This document shows positions 50,335 to 59,864 of a stretch of DNA of 64,000 bases, one piece after another. The translations under genes were made by a program, and so were the position numbers. The stretch is from a virus, in IMG/VR virus record IMGVR_UViG_3300029951_000020, positions 1 to 64,000 of that record. The stretch is one strand, 5' to 3'. The notes under the pieces are model-generated. The model was not told the DNA's origin and searched no databases. It was given only the letters and a program-made list of their open reading frames with translations. Within the stretch, counting starts at the first letter, position 1, and each line of letters begins with the position of its first letter.

Positions 50335-50349
50335 GGGCCTGCGACCCGA

Positions 50350-50544
50350 TTACGCCAGGAAGTGGACGCACAGGCCCATGCCGAAGCCTGCGCCGAGTGC
50401 GATCACCCACGGCAGATGGGTCTTGACGAAGGTCTCGACGGTACTCTCGGTCTTGACCGCTACGCCAAGGATGGGGGTGACAAGCGCCTTATACTCGGCC
50501 TGTGCCTCGGCGCTCAGCGTGGTGATCTCGGTCTTCAGTGTCAT
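50350..50544 (-). CDS. small C-terminally anchored membrane protein (64 aa)
   Basis: Track ORF. Contains LPWVIALGAGFGMGLCVHFLA. Confidence 0.45.
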   Translation of the reverse strand: MTLKTEITTLSAEAQAEYKALVTPILGVAVKTESTVETFVKTHLPWVIALGAGFGMGLCVHFLA

Positions 50545-50608
50545 GGTTGTCTCCGGTTTCCTGTCGATTCTACAGCGCTTATCTGGTATACGCTATGGTG
50601 TTTTGACC

Positions 50609-51007
50609 CTACAGGATCAACCCCAGCGCCGCCTGTCCGGTCGACGCTGCGGCCGTGATCGCCTGGCGGATATCAACGTGCGCCTTGTACTGATCGCTGA
50701 CGCTGATGGTAGACGTCTCGCCCAGAGCCAGCATGATGACCTGTTTCGTGACTCCGTCGATACCCCCGTTGGCCGCGATCTCCGCGTCCGAGGTAGTGTG
50801 CGTGAACTCGGTCAGGATCGGGTGCTTGTTGGCGTCGACGGTGGTCGTGCCATCGGCACCGACCTGGCGTGTCGTCACCGTCAGCACGAGTGCCTGGGTA
50901 TTGGCATTACGCTGAATCGAGCAGACGACGCCTACGGTCGCCCCCGTGTCCAGGAGTAGGAACTGGTCGGGCCAACTGCCTGTGACCGTTGTCTTCGTAT
51001 AGGACAT
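50609..51007 (-). CDS. hypothetical tail-associated protein (132 aa)
   Basis: Track ORF immediately after gpJ. Confidence 0.5.
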   Translation of the reverse strand: MSYTKTTVTGSWPDQFLLLDTGATVGVVCSIQRNANTQALVLTVTTRQVGADGTTTVDANKHPILTEFTHTTSDAEIAANGGIDGVTKQVIMLALGETSTISVSDQYKAHVDIRQAITAAASTGQAALGLIL

Positions 51008-51016
51008 AGTGTTCGC

Positions 51017-54000
51017 CTAGACTCCGCCCGATTCGGGGAGCGTCTTGATGTTGTGGTGGAGGATGTACGCGCCCTCGATGTCGCCGGCCCAGAAACAGCG
51101 GTCTCCAGCGTTGATGCCCACGATTCTGCGAAGGCCAACAGGGGTGACGAGAATCACCTCCTCGAAGTGTATGTCATCGCCGCGCATAACGGTCACCACG
51201 TTGCCTAGCGCCTCGCTGGCATAGACGTAGGAACCGTCGATGCGCCGCAGCGGTGCGTCGAGCGAACAGGTCAGCGTGATGCCCGACTTGGTCAGTACGC
51301 GCACGCACAGTTGCGGCACGCGCACCGCGTGCACCACCGCGTGTGTCTCGTTGGCCAGGGTCGTCTCATTGACGCAGAGGATCGGCGTGCAGCACTCGAC
51401 GTCTGCCGCCAGGCCGAGCGGCAGGAAGCACTCGTCGGATACGCATGCGCCACCGCCCCCACTGCCGCTACCCCCGCCACTGCTTCCTCCCGATGCGGGA
51501 TAGGTAATGGCTACACTGCCCACGTAGACGACGCCATCGGTCGTCGTCAGTCCGAGGCCCGTCGTGTCGGAATTCAGTATTAGGGAACCGCCCTTGAAGC
51601 CAGGATCGTCGTACCACAGGAAGTAGGTGACGGTGGTGGAGGGCGTTCCCGTCAGGGTGAGGCTGCTGGCGTTGTAGGACGTTGTTGCACTGCCGGCGAT
51701 CAGGGTCGCCGCGCTGACGCTGATCGTCGCGCCGACAGGAGGACCCCCTGTCGTGGTGTACGAGATGGTCAGCCCGGACCATGTGCTACGGATGCTTCCC
51801 ACCGTGGTAGAGGACGAGTTACCCTGCGGCGTCTGCAGCACCAGCGTCGAGCCGTTGAAGTACGCAGTCTCCACCAGCGGCGCGCTCTTTTTGCCCTGCA
51901 GGTTGATGCTCTGGACCTGCACTGTGTAGGTGCCAATGCGGCCCAGCGGGATCGATGAGTAGGGGACGCGAACGTTCGGTAACTGGACCGGATTATCACT
52001 GTCCACGAAGTACGACACGATATAGCCGGCGACCCCCAGAACGGTGGCCCAGCTCGCGTTGATCTGCAGGGCGTAAGCGCTACCGCTGGGCGCTACCGAC
52101 TCGGTCAGCGTCATGGAGGCAGGTGCCGCCGGCAGCGCGGCGTTGATCGACACCGTCCGAGGCACGATGGCGAGGCCAAAGTCGATGCTGTCGTACTTGG
52201 ATGGGTTGTTGGCGACGCCCTGGATCTGATAGATATTCTTGTCGGACTCGACGACCGAGATGATGCGGAACAACTGCGGTACAACCTCGGTGCCTGAAAG
52301 TATCCAAATCGTCCCCGCCTTCGGCAGTTCGCCCAGGGGCAGCGTGAGGATCACTGTGCTGTACTGGCCGTCGGAGGGGACAGCGGCAACCGGATAGGTG
52401 GCGATGCCGCCGTTGCTTGTGATCAGCGACAGCGTATAGGTACTCGCCGCCAGCATCTGCGCGGGCGCGTCGAGTGTGAGGATTGCGCCACCGACGGAGA
52501 AGTTGAGGAGCGGCAGAAGACCGCCGTCGAGGAAGACCGCGGCCAGTTCGCCGTCGGGCGCGTAGGGGATCGGGTAGGGACCGAGTCCCGACACCGCGCT
52601 CTCGGTGCGCTCGTAGCCCGAGACGATGCTGCCATAGCTGGCCACCACGATCAGGTGCTGGTAGTCGGACGTGGTAAGGCCGACCAGCATGACGCCGACG
52701 CCAGACACGGAGTAGTTCGGGCTTGGGATCAGGCGCCCGTCCAGAAACACCATTGTGACGGTGCCGTCCGGAGCCTGCGGCAACGCGTAAGGACCGTTCC
52801 CACTAACCGCCGCCTCGTAGCGGAAGAAATGTGCCGTTGTGCCACCCTGGCTGAAGAGCACCACGAGCTGGTTATAGTTGGGGGCAGCGATGCCCCCCAG
52901 CGTCAGGGTCGACCCAGACAGTGAACAGTTCGCGCTGGGAAGCAGACCGCCGTCCAGGAAGGCCATGACCAGCAGGCCATCCGGCGTCCCGTTGAGCAGG
53001 TAAGGACCGAGCCCCGACACCATCGCCTCGTAGCGGCCAAAGTTGTTGGGTGCCAGGGAGCCGTAAGTGAACAGCGAGACGAACTGCTCATAACTTCCCG
53101 AGTTGACACCGACGAGGGTCACGCCAACGGTGCCGCTGGGAACCAGATTCGTCGCGTTGGTGAGCAGGCGGCCGCCGAACCGCTTACCGGCGCGCAGCGG
53201 ATCGAGCACCTGCACGATCTGTCCCGGCCTGCCGACGGCGCCTTCGAGTCCGGTCGACCACGTGCATATTTCGGACTCCATGCGCTCGGAGTAGAGTATC
53301 CAGCGCCCGACGCGCTCAGCCTGTCCCTGCGACGTGCAGCCGACGGCGACGACCTGCGTCGAGATGACACCATAGAGGGAGATACCGGCGGTGTCCTCGA
53401 CGTACTGCACGTCCTGCGCGTAGAAGTTGTTGGGGTTGTTCCACGTCACCAGGGCGACGGTGTGGCGCGCACTCGACGATGCTCCAGCGTAACTGAAGAC
53501 ACCGCCGATGACGTTGGCTGCTGTGTATTGGTAGATCGGGTCGGCGGGTGCGTCCTGCGCTGCGGTGATCGTACCGCCGGCCCAGAACACCATGCCGCGG
53601 AAGATGCTGGCCATCTGCTGTAGGACGGTGTACGCCTCGTTCAGCGTCTGGATGTAGACGTTGCAGGTGAACCGGGGCTCCGTGCCGCCGGTCCCGTTGT
53701 CCACCAAGCCATCGCAGTACTGGGCGATGGTGTAGAGCGACCACTTGTCCACCGCCGTCGCGGGGATGTACCTGCCCAGGCCGTAGCGGCTGTTGGTCAG
53801 CAGATCGTAGTAGCACCAGGCGGGATTATCGCTCCATGCGATCTGGAAGGTGCCGTCCCAGACGCCCGTGTAGGTGCGCGCCACAGGATCGTAGTTGCTG
53901 GGCACCTGGATGCGCAGCAGCTTCATATCGTAGGCGCGGGTCGGGATCTCGTCGAACTGCGAGCTGTCGATGGTGGTGCCCAGGACCGCGCTGTTCGGAT

Positions 54001-54667
54001 AGCCCAGCTTGACGTCCTCGATCTCGTCGTAGGTGTCCCAGTACAGGTCGTTGGCCAGGGTGGTGGTGACGTTGTCCGAGGTCAGGCGTGTCAGACGGAT
54101 GTCCCACGGCGCCGAGCCGGTCAGCGCGATCTTGTATGCCTTCTGGACCTGGACATCGCTCTTGCCGCTGATAGTGTCATTGACCACGTTGACGTAGCCG
54201 GCACCATCACTCTGCACGTCGATGGTCAGGCTGATGGCTGTGCCAGTGATCGATCCGTCGCTGTTAACGATGTAGAGCTGCGGGATACCGATGGTGACGC
54301 GCACCTCGTCCACATCGGTGTCGGTAATGGTACGGATGATCGGCGACGCCTGGAACACCTTGACGTTGACGGTGAACTCGTTGGCTACGTCCTCGAAGCC
54401 GGGCAGGTAGCTCTGCCCCTGCGTGCCCGCCTGGAAGTAGACGTTGACGCCGTTGAAATTGAAGCTGCCGTCACCGTTCTGCAGCGGGACTTGGTCGTAG
54501 TAGATCGACTGCATCCCATTGACCAGTCCCTCAACCTCGCCTTCGCAGATCAGGTCGACGAACTGCGCAAAAGCGATGGACTTGAGGGTGGTGGGGCCTT
54601 CGTTGATGCCACCTGCGGAACCACCCTTGCCGCCGGCACCGATGATGGATAACCGCTTATCGGTCAC
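51017..54667 (-). CDS. tail tip / host-specificity protein (lambda gpJ-like), 1216 aa
   Basis: GTG 54665-54667 overlaps the gpI stop. The N-terminus ..GAGGKGGSAGGINEGPTTLKSIAFAQFVDLICEGEVEGL is typical of gpJ. The position after gpI also fits. Confidence 0.85.
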   Translation of the reverse strand: MTDKRLSIIGAGGKGGSAGGINEGPTTLKSIAFAQFVDLICEGEVEGLVNGMQSIYYDQVPLQNGDGSFNFNGVNVYFQAGTQGQSYLPGFEDVANEFTVNVKVFQASPIIRTITDTDVDEVRVTIGIPQLYIVNSDGSITGTAISLTIDVQSDGAGYVNVVNDTISGKSDVQVQKAYKIALTGSAPWDIRLTRLTSDNVTTTLANDLYWDTYDEIEDVKLGYPNSAVLGTTIDSSQFDEIPTRAYDMKLLRIQVPSNYDPVARTYTGVWDGTFQIAWSDNPAWCYYDLLTNSRYGLGRYIPATAVDKWSLYTIAQYCDGLVDNGTGGTEPRFTCNVYIQTLNEAYTVLQQMASIFRGMVFWAGGTITAAQDAPADPIYQYTAANVIGGVFSYAGASSSARHTVALVTWNNPNNFYAQDVQYVEDTAGISLYGVISTQVVAVGCTSQGQAERVGRWILYSERMESEICTWSTGLEGAVGRPGQIVQVLDPLRAGKRFGGRLLTNATNLVPSGTVGVTLVGVNSGSYEQFVSLFTYGSLAPNNFGRYEAMVSGLGPYLLNGTPDGLLVMAFLDGGLLPSANCSLSGSTLTLGGIAAPNYNQLVVLFSQGGTTAHFFRYEAAVSGNGPYALPQAPDGTVTMVFLDGRLIPSPNYSVSGVGVMLVGLTTSDYQHLIVVASYGSIVSGYERTESAVSGLGPYPIPYAPDGELAAVFLDGGLLPLLNFSVGGAILTLDAPAQMLAASTYTLSLITSNGGIATYPVAAVPSDGQYSTVILTLPLGELPKAGTIWILSGTEVVPQLFRIISVVESDKNIYQIQGVANNPSKYDSIDFGLAIVPRTVSINAALPAAPASMTLTESVAPSGSAYALQINASWATVLGVAGYIVSYFVDSDNPVQLPNVRVPYSSIPLGRIGTYTVQVQSINLQGKKSAPLVETAYFNGSTLVLQTPQGNSSSTTVGSIRSTWSGLTISYTTTGGPPVGATISVSAATLIAGSATTSYNASSLTLTGTPSTTVTYFLWYDDPGFKGGSLILNSDTTGLGLTTTDGVVYVGSVAITYPASGGSSGGGSGSGGGGACVSDECFLPLGLAADVECCTPILCVNETTLANETHAVVHAVRVPQLCVRVLTKSGITLTCSLDAPLRRIDGSYVYASEALGNVVTVMRGDDIHFEEVILVTPVGLRRIVGINAGDRCFWAGDIEGAYILHHNIKTLPESGGV
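51020..51445 (-). other. C-terminal Hint / bacterial-intein-like domain of gpJ
   Basis: A poly-Gly linker is followed by CVSDECFLPLG ... CFWAGDIEGAYILHHN, then only 10 more residues (IKTLPESGGV). Confidence 0.55.
52457..53095 (-). repeat. three tandem ~70-aa repeats inside gpJ
   Basis: The pattern Y..L.V....G...F.RYEA.VSG.GPY.L...PDG.....FLDG.L.P..N.S..G....L occurs three times. Confidence 0.7.
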
Positions 54668-55284
54668 GGGACGTTGACCTGTATATTGCCGCCAGCGCCG
54701 CCATTGGTCGGCGGCACGTAGTTGACCGCTACCGGGGAGATGGTGATCTCGGCACTGATCACCACGCTGCCCACAATCAGGCGCCCGTAACCGACCGGGA
54801 CGGGGTTGCCTTGGGCAGTTGTGTTGATAGCGCCGTTGAACCCGAAAGCCTGGTCTGATCCGCCGTTGGTCTGCGGAAGAGGGGTGAGCAGTTGGATGAT
54901 GCCGCCGATCAGCATTGCGCCACCGGCCACGATGAGCTGGTTGCCTGCGGTGCCGTAAGAGAAAGCATCCAGCACGACGCCGACGACGATGAGTACCGCA
55001 CCCAAGATGATCTGTAGGACGCCGCCTTTCTTGCTGCCCATCACGACGGGCGAAATGTAGATGCGTCCGCTGCCTGTGAACTTCAGCTCGCTCTCGCCAA
55101 TATTGTGGCCATTGCTCCACACGTTGTAGCCGATGCCGCGCTTCTCGGAATCGACCATGTACTTCTCGAAGTCCCGGAAGTTGGCGTTCAGCGCGCGAAT
55201 CGCCTCGGCCGGCGACTTGACGTCCAGCAGATGGTTCTTGCCATAGCGCTTGGCCAGTTCGCCGTGTAGGACTACTTCGCGCAT
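54664..55284 (-). CDS. tail assembly protein (lambda gpI-like)
   Basis: The order K-I-J fits lambda. A Gly-rich hydrophobic middle segment is followed by PVPVGYGRLIVG. Confidence 0.75.
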   Translation of the reverse strand: MREVVLHGELAKRYGKNHLLDVKSPAEAIRALNANFRDFEKYMVDSEKRGIGYNVWSNGHNIGESELKFTGSGRIYISPVVMGSKKGGVLQIILGAVLIVVGVVLDAFSYGTAGNQLIVAGGAMLIGGIIQLLTPLPQTNGGSDQAFGFNGAINTTAQGNPVPVGYGRLIVGSVVISAEITISPVAVNYVPPTNGGAGGNIQVNVP

Positions 55285-55982
55285 AGCTTCTCGTGCCGAA
55301 TGATCATCAGTGTGTGTTTTTTGTAGTAGCCGCCGATGTAGGGCTCACGCGACGACAGTCGACCGTAGAGGTGGTGCAGCATAACACCGTCACCCAGATA
55401 CAGGGCAGCGTGGTTCGCGACGTTCGCGCACACCTGCATCAGAATTACATCGTAGGGCTTCGGTCCCTCGTAGACGCGCACAAATCCCGCCTTAGTGAAG
55501 TTCTCCACGTACAGGTTGTCGCCCTTCTTCCACCACTCGTCGGGGCGCTCGAAGTCAGGGATGTCGATGCCGCAGTACTCCATCATGCCGTCCCGAATGA
55601 TGGAATAGCAGTCGTGAATGCCGTGGGTGAAGTTGCGCCCGATCAGCGGCGCGCGGAAGCCGCTCGGCGCGCAGTATGCCCACTCGATGTTCGGCAGGCT
55701 GAGGATGTGCCACGGTAGTCCCGTCGATTCGCAGGAGGACAGGTCGGCTATCGACGGCTTGGCGCGGGCGTAGGGATGGGAGTGGAACACCGCGACGATC
55801 TTGCCCATCTCCTCGCAGGCGGCGTAGTCGCGCGCGCCGATCTTGAAGTGATCGGCGTGTCCGCTCAAGTTCTTGCAGGGATAGTAGTGCGCGTCGTCGC
55901 CGACAGCGTAGACCAGTCCGCACGCCTCGGCGGGGAACACCGACTGGGCGTGGGCGAGAGCGTCGTCCTTCCAGTAAGTCAT
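55272..55982 (-). CDS. tail tip assembly protein (gpK-like, JAB/MPN + NlpC/P60)
   Basis: EACG...HSHP..S..D is a JAMM motif. DCYS....H...H is NlpC/P60-like. Confidence 0.85.
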   Translation of the reverse strand: MTYWKDDALAHAQSVFPAEACGLVYAVGDDAHYYPCKNLSGHADHFKIGARDYAACEEMGKIVAVFHSHPYARAKPSIADLSSCESTGLPWHILSLPNIEWAYCAPSGFRAPLIGRNFTHGIHDCYSIIRDGMMEYCGIDIPDFERPDEWWKKGDNLYVENFTKAGFVRVYEGPKPYDVILMQVCANVANHAALYLGDGVMLHHLYGRLSSREPYIGGYYKKHTLMIIRHEKLCAK

Positions 55983-55984
55983 TG

Positions 55985-56686
55985 TTATTGTTGAATAAGT
56001 CCAGCTGCCGGAAATCCGCCGTAAGGCAGCTGGCTCGCAGCCCCGAACCGCGCCTTACAGCTCGACAGCCTCTTCCCGCACACATCGTTCGCCAGCGTCG
56101 ACGGATTGTCGTTCGCATCGAAGTACAGCCCCGGCACCGGAATCCACGTGCACTCCGCGCCCCTGTAGAGCCACGGACACACGTTCTGGATGATCTGTCG
56201 AAACGGCAGATTCACCCCGGCCAGATCGAAGATCGAGGCGAGCGTGAATACCACTGACGTCTTGTCCTCTGAAGACTTCTGGAAAATGTAGTAGACCTCA
56301 TCCGGCAGGAACTGGTCCGGATCGGCCGTCGGATTCACACCGCCAGGGAAGTTGACCGCGTCGAGGTACTTCACCATCGTGCGGTGCCGGATCACTTGCG
56401 CCTGCAGCAGGTCGCCGTAGGACGCGATGTAGGACGAGAACAGACCGCCCACATTCGACACGGTCAGTTTAGGCTGCGGCAGCGTGCCATGGCCGCTGTA
56501 CTCGAAGCCGTTGGCCTCGATCGGGTAGGGCTGGTAGGTGTTGCCCTGCCACACGACCGGCGCGCCCAACTGGTTCACACCAGAATGGAAGTAGATCACC
56601 GACGCGCCGAACGAGGTCAGATCGACCTCGAACAACTCGACCATGAAGCCAGCGTTGAGCTGGCTGATGTCGGTAAGGATCGGCAT
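55985..56686 (-). CDS. minor tail protein (gpL-like)
   Basis: Contains CPWLYRGAECTW...CGKRLSSCKARF, a Cys cluster typical of gpL. Confidence 0.8.
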   Translation of the reverse strand: MPILTDISQLNAGFMVELFEVDLTSFGASVIYFHSGVNQLGAPVVWQGNTYQPYPIEANGFEYSGHGTLPQPKLTVSNVGGLFSSYIASYGDLLQAQVIRHRTMVKYLDAVNFPGGVNPTADPDQFLPDEVYYIFQKSSEDKTSVVFTLASIFDLAGVNLPFRQIIQNVCPWLYRGAECTWIPVPGLYFDANDNPSTLANDVCGKRLSSCKARFGAASQLPYGGFPAAGLIQQ

Positions 56687-56687
56687 G

Positions 56688-59600
56688 CTAGGTCTGGTTG
56701 TTCAGGGTGCCCGCGATAACGCGTCCAACGCGTATGCCGCCACCGCTGCTGTTCCAGTGCAGGCCCTCGATGGTCCACAGGTAGACGTTCGCCGAATTGA
56801 TGTTCGAGTCGTTGCGCAACTCGACATAGGGGATCGCATTCGCCTGGGCGAAGGCACGCATTGCATCATCGATGTTCTTGCCGGTAAGACCCTGCGCGTT
56901 CGGCGTCGTGTCCGCCGTATATACAACGCTGCTGATCGTGCAGGCGCCGCGGTAAGACGGCCCCGCGAAAACAACCAGCAGATTCGCGTTGAGCGCGTAT
57001 ATCCCATTCAGCAGCTTCTGCATTTGGCCGTAGGTCGAATTGACCGTCGCCGCGTCGCCGAGTGCGCCGAGCGGTCGTGCCGCCCCGCCCCACTCGTTGT
57101 GTCCTTCCTGGAAGAACAGGATGTCGATGTTGGCGAGCTGGTTGACGCCGGACGGGTTGTAGGGATTCGCGCCCGAGGTGATCTTGGTCGCTAGTGCCGC
57201 GATGTCGTAGCCGGGATTGCCGTCGTTGAATACCTCGATCAGCCCGGTCTGCTGGATGACGGTGCCCTGGTAGTTGTTGTTGTTGGTTTGGCTGTTGCCG
57301 AAGAAACCGATGCGCTTACCCGCGTTCGCGTAGACGGCTCCCCCACCACCATAGCTTTTGCCCGCCACCAGCGAAGAGACGCCGCCATACATGGTCGTGT
57401 CCGTCGACACCGTCGAAGGGACGCTGATGTTGTAGGTGCCCGTGCCGCCTGTTCCCGTGCCCAAGGAGGATATCGTCGTACCCGGAGTGACTCCGGGACC
57501 GCTGATCGAGTCCCCGATGAGAACCTGACCGCTGGCAACGGCCGAGATCGTAAGCACCGTCCCGGCGATCTGGGCAGTAAACTGGGATCTGTTGACGATG
57601 GCCGTGCGGCCCTGGCGCACGGTGCAGGCGGGCAGATCGGTGAGGTTCGGCCGGTTGAACTGGGCGAAGTAGCAGGTGGCCGGAACAGGTACCCATGTGT
57701 TGGCGGAGCAGGTGCCCTGCGTCGCCGTGAGCGTGCCGCTGGCGAAGGTCTGCGCCACGTCCATCAAATAGGTGCCCGCAGCGCCAGTCGTGCCGCTCAG
57801 TTGCTGCAGGACATTGGTGACGGAGGTGGCCCCGTTGAGGCGCTGGCCCACCTGCACGACGCCGCTGCCGACGGCCGACACCGTCATCACGTTGCCGGTG
57901 ATCGACGCGGTGATCGATGCGGCGGACGGCGACGATACGTAGGTGTTGCCGGTGATGTCGTAGAAGACCAGAGAGCTGAAGTTCACCGAGCACGCGATGT
58001 AGTCGCCCGGATTCACCTCAAACTTACCGGATAGGGAGAAACCGGACGTGGTGCTGATCGCTCCGTTCACCGCGCTGATCGACTTGTTGTAGACGATCTT
58101 GCTGGGGTTCAGGATGTTGGCGTCGTCCGCACGCATGTCCGTGACGGCCGCACGCGCCTGCTGCAGCGCCGTCAGGTTCATCGTCGTGAAGGTCGGGTAT
58201 CCGAACGACGTGTACGGCGATGGCAGGGTGCTCCCCCAGGAGAACTGGTGGGTCGCCTGGTTCGTGATAAGCAACTGGAACCTGAACCAGTAGGCTCCGG
58301 CGGGGCGAGCGAACGGTGTCGCGGCGCCTACGGTCGTCGAGGACAGGAAGTTCTGGAAGACGTCGTAGTAGCCCACGACGGCGCCATTCGTCATGATGTT
58401 GTTGGAAGGGTCGAGCAGGATGAAATCGCTCACCGAGTAAAGCGAGTTGGTGACGTTCGGCAGACCGCTGGCTGTATTGAGCGCGAAGCCGTTGGTTGCT
58501 TTGGTCAGGTCGTACAGATTGAAGGGCAGCAGCGGCGAGATTAGTTTCGCGGTCAGGCGCGCCGAGTCCAGTGACATGCCATTGGAGGCAAACGCGTCCA
58601 CCCAGCCGAACGCCATGTAGGTCGTGGGAAGAACCGACCCTGGGACCAGTTCCTGGTTCGTTGAGCCGGAGGCGATCGTCTGGCTGAACTGCAAGGTGAA
58701 GCAGCCCGCGGGGACCGTAAAGGGGGTATTGGTAGCGACGCCCGCCACGTAGGAGACGAAGGTACCATTCTGGTCGAAGTACGCCAGCTGGCTGCACGAT
58801 AGGTTGAAGGTGTATGTTGCGCCGGGGGTAACGGCGATGCGGGCGCTCGCGAAGTAGCTCGCGTTTGTGCCAAGCGTTCCGTTGGTGTTCACAACCATGC
58901 CGGTGGTGATCCGGTTTTTGTCGAATATATTGATGACCTGGGGTGGCTGCGCGAACGACGCGGCGGAGACCGCGATTGCCTGATTACGGGCCACGACCTC
59001 GCCCGACAACGACGCCGAACTGCTGCTCGGCACGATCGTGATCGCGGTGGTGCCGATGGCGCTGATGCCGGCGGCGGTCTGGACCACGTAGAAGGAGTAT
59101 CCCGACAGCGTGTTTCCGTCCGTCACCAGCACGCATGCGGAACCCAGGCCGGGAATCATATTCTCCGGAGAGCGTCGCGTCAGGACGGCGGCCACGCTGA
59201 CGGTACCGGCCGTGGTGCAGGTCGCAATGCCGTTGTTGGCGGCCGTCGCCTCTCCCGGAATGACGACGGAGTCGCCGAGAGCGACGGCCTTTCCGTCTAG
59301 CGTAAGGACGCCCACCGATGTCATCGTCCACGTCGCGCCGACGCCACCACTACCGTTGTTGTAGGTGTTCGCGGGAAGCGGGGCAGGAACGAAGTTCCCC
59401 GCGACAACGGCGCCCGACACGAGGCGCACAGAACTGCGGTTCGGGGTGCCCACCTGGGCGCTGGCTGCGGAGATGGCCGCATTGCCGGCCGAGGTTGCTG
59501 CTGCATTCGCCGATGACAGCGCGCTGGTCGCCGATGAACTGGCAGAGGTGGCGGAACCCGTTGCAGACGTCGCTGCGGTGGTCGCGGTCGCGGCGAGTGC

Positions 59601-59861
59601 AGCGACGTCGAACACCGGGATTGCGTCTCGTGTGAATGTGGTGCTGTCGGGCAGTATGCCCGTCGCGTCGTAGACGCCGTCGGGCGCCGCGAAACTGGCA
59701 TAGCCGTTGACGTCGCTGAAGAAGGGGTTCGACAAGCTCGTCACGCCGTCCTGCTCGTAGAGCGTCGCGAGGGTCGTGGTCTGCGTCACGAAGACGGAAA
59801 CGGAGACGCCCGGTTGCACGTTACCCGAGCGATCCTGCACCAGGAAGGATACGTATCTCAT
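56688..59861 (-). CDS. 1057-aa fibre-like protein with a C-terminal SGNH/GDSL-type esterase domain
   Basis: An Ala/Ser/Thr-rich stalk is followed by two ~65-aa repeats (57384-57587 and 57726-57920). SGNH blocks: FFGNSQT, GNPG, QEGHNEW, EGLHW. Confidence 0.7.
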   Translation of the reverse strand: MRYVSFLVQDRSGNVQPGVSVSVFVTQTTTLATLYEQDGVTSLSNPFFSDVNGYASFAAPDGVYDATGILPDSTTFTRDAIPVFDVAALAATATTAATSATGSATSASSSATSALSSANAAATSAGNAAISAASAQVGTPNRSSVRLVSGAVVAGNFVPAPLPANTYNNGSGGVGATWTMTSVGVLTLDGKAVALGDSVVIPGEATAANNGIATCTTAGTVSVAAVLTRRSPENMIPGLGSACVLVTDGNTLSGYSFYVVQTAAGISAIGTTAITIVPSSSSASLSGEVVARNQAIAVSAASFAQPPQVINIFDKNRITTGMVVNTNGTLGTNASYFASARIAVTPGATYTFNLSCSQLAYFDQNGTFVSYVAGVATNTPFTVPAGCFTLQFSQTIASGSTNQELVPGSVLPTTYMAFGWVDAFASNGMSLDSARLTAKLISPLLPFNLYDLTKATNGFALNTASGLPNVTNSLYSVSDFILLDPSNNIMTNGAVVGYYDVFQNFLSSTTVGAATPFARPAGAYWFRFQLLITNQATHQFSWGSTLPSPYTSFGYPTFTTMNLTALQQARAAVTDMRADDANILNPSKIVYNKSISAVNGAISTTSGFSLSGKFEVNPGDYIACSVNFSSLVFYDITGNTYVSSPSAASITASITGNVMTVSAVGSGVVQVGQRLNGATSVTNVLQQLSGTTGAAGTYLMDVAQTFASGTLTATQGTCSANTWVPVPATCYFAQFNRPNLTDLPACTVRQGRTAIVNRSQFTAQIAGTVLTISAVASGQVLIGDSISGPGVTPGTTISSLGTGTGGTGTYNISVPSTVSTDTTMYGGVSSLVAGKSYGGGGAVYANAGKRIGFFGNSQTNNNNYQGTVIQQTGLIEVFNDGNPGYDIAALATKITSGANPYNPSGVNQLANIDILFFQEGHNEWGGAARPLGALGDAATVNSTYGQMQKLLNGIYALNANLLVVFAGPSYRGACTISSVVYTADTTPNAQGLTGKNIDDAMRAFAQANAIPYVELRNDSNINSANVYLWTIEGLHWNSSGGGIRVGRVIAGTLNNQT

Positions 59862-59864
59862 GTC

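Noticed and set aside
54668-55120. N-terminal extensions of the track ORFs for gpJ (1367 aa), the RecD-like helicase (638 aa, to 43366), the polymerase (729 aa, to 39882) and the glycosyltransferase (to 30993).
   Set aside because: The extensions are Arg/Pro/Gly-rich, overlap well-supported upstream genes, and conserved N-termini begin at internal starts that abut or overlap the upstream stop codon.
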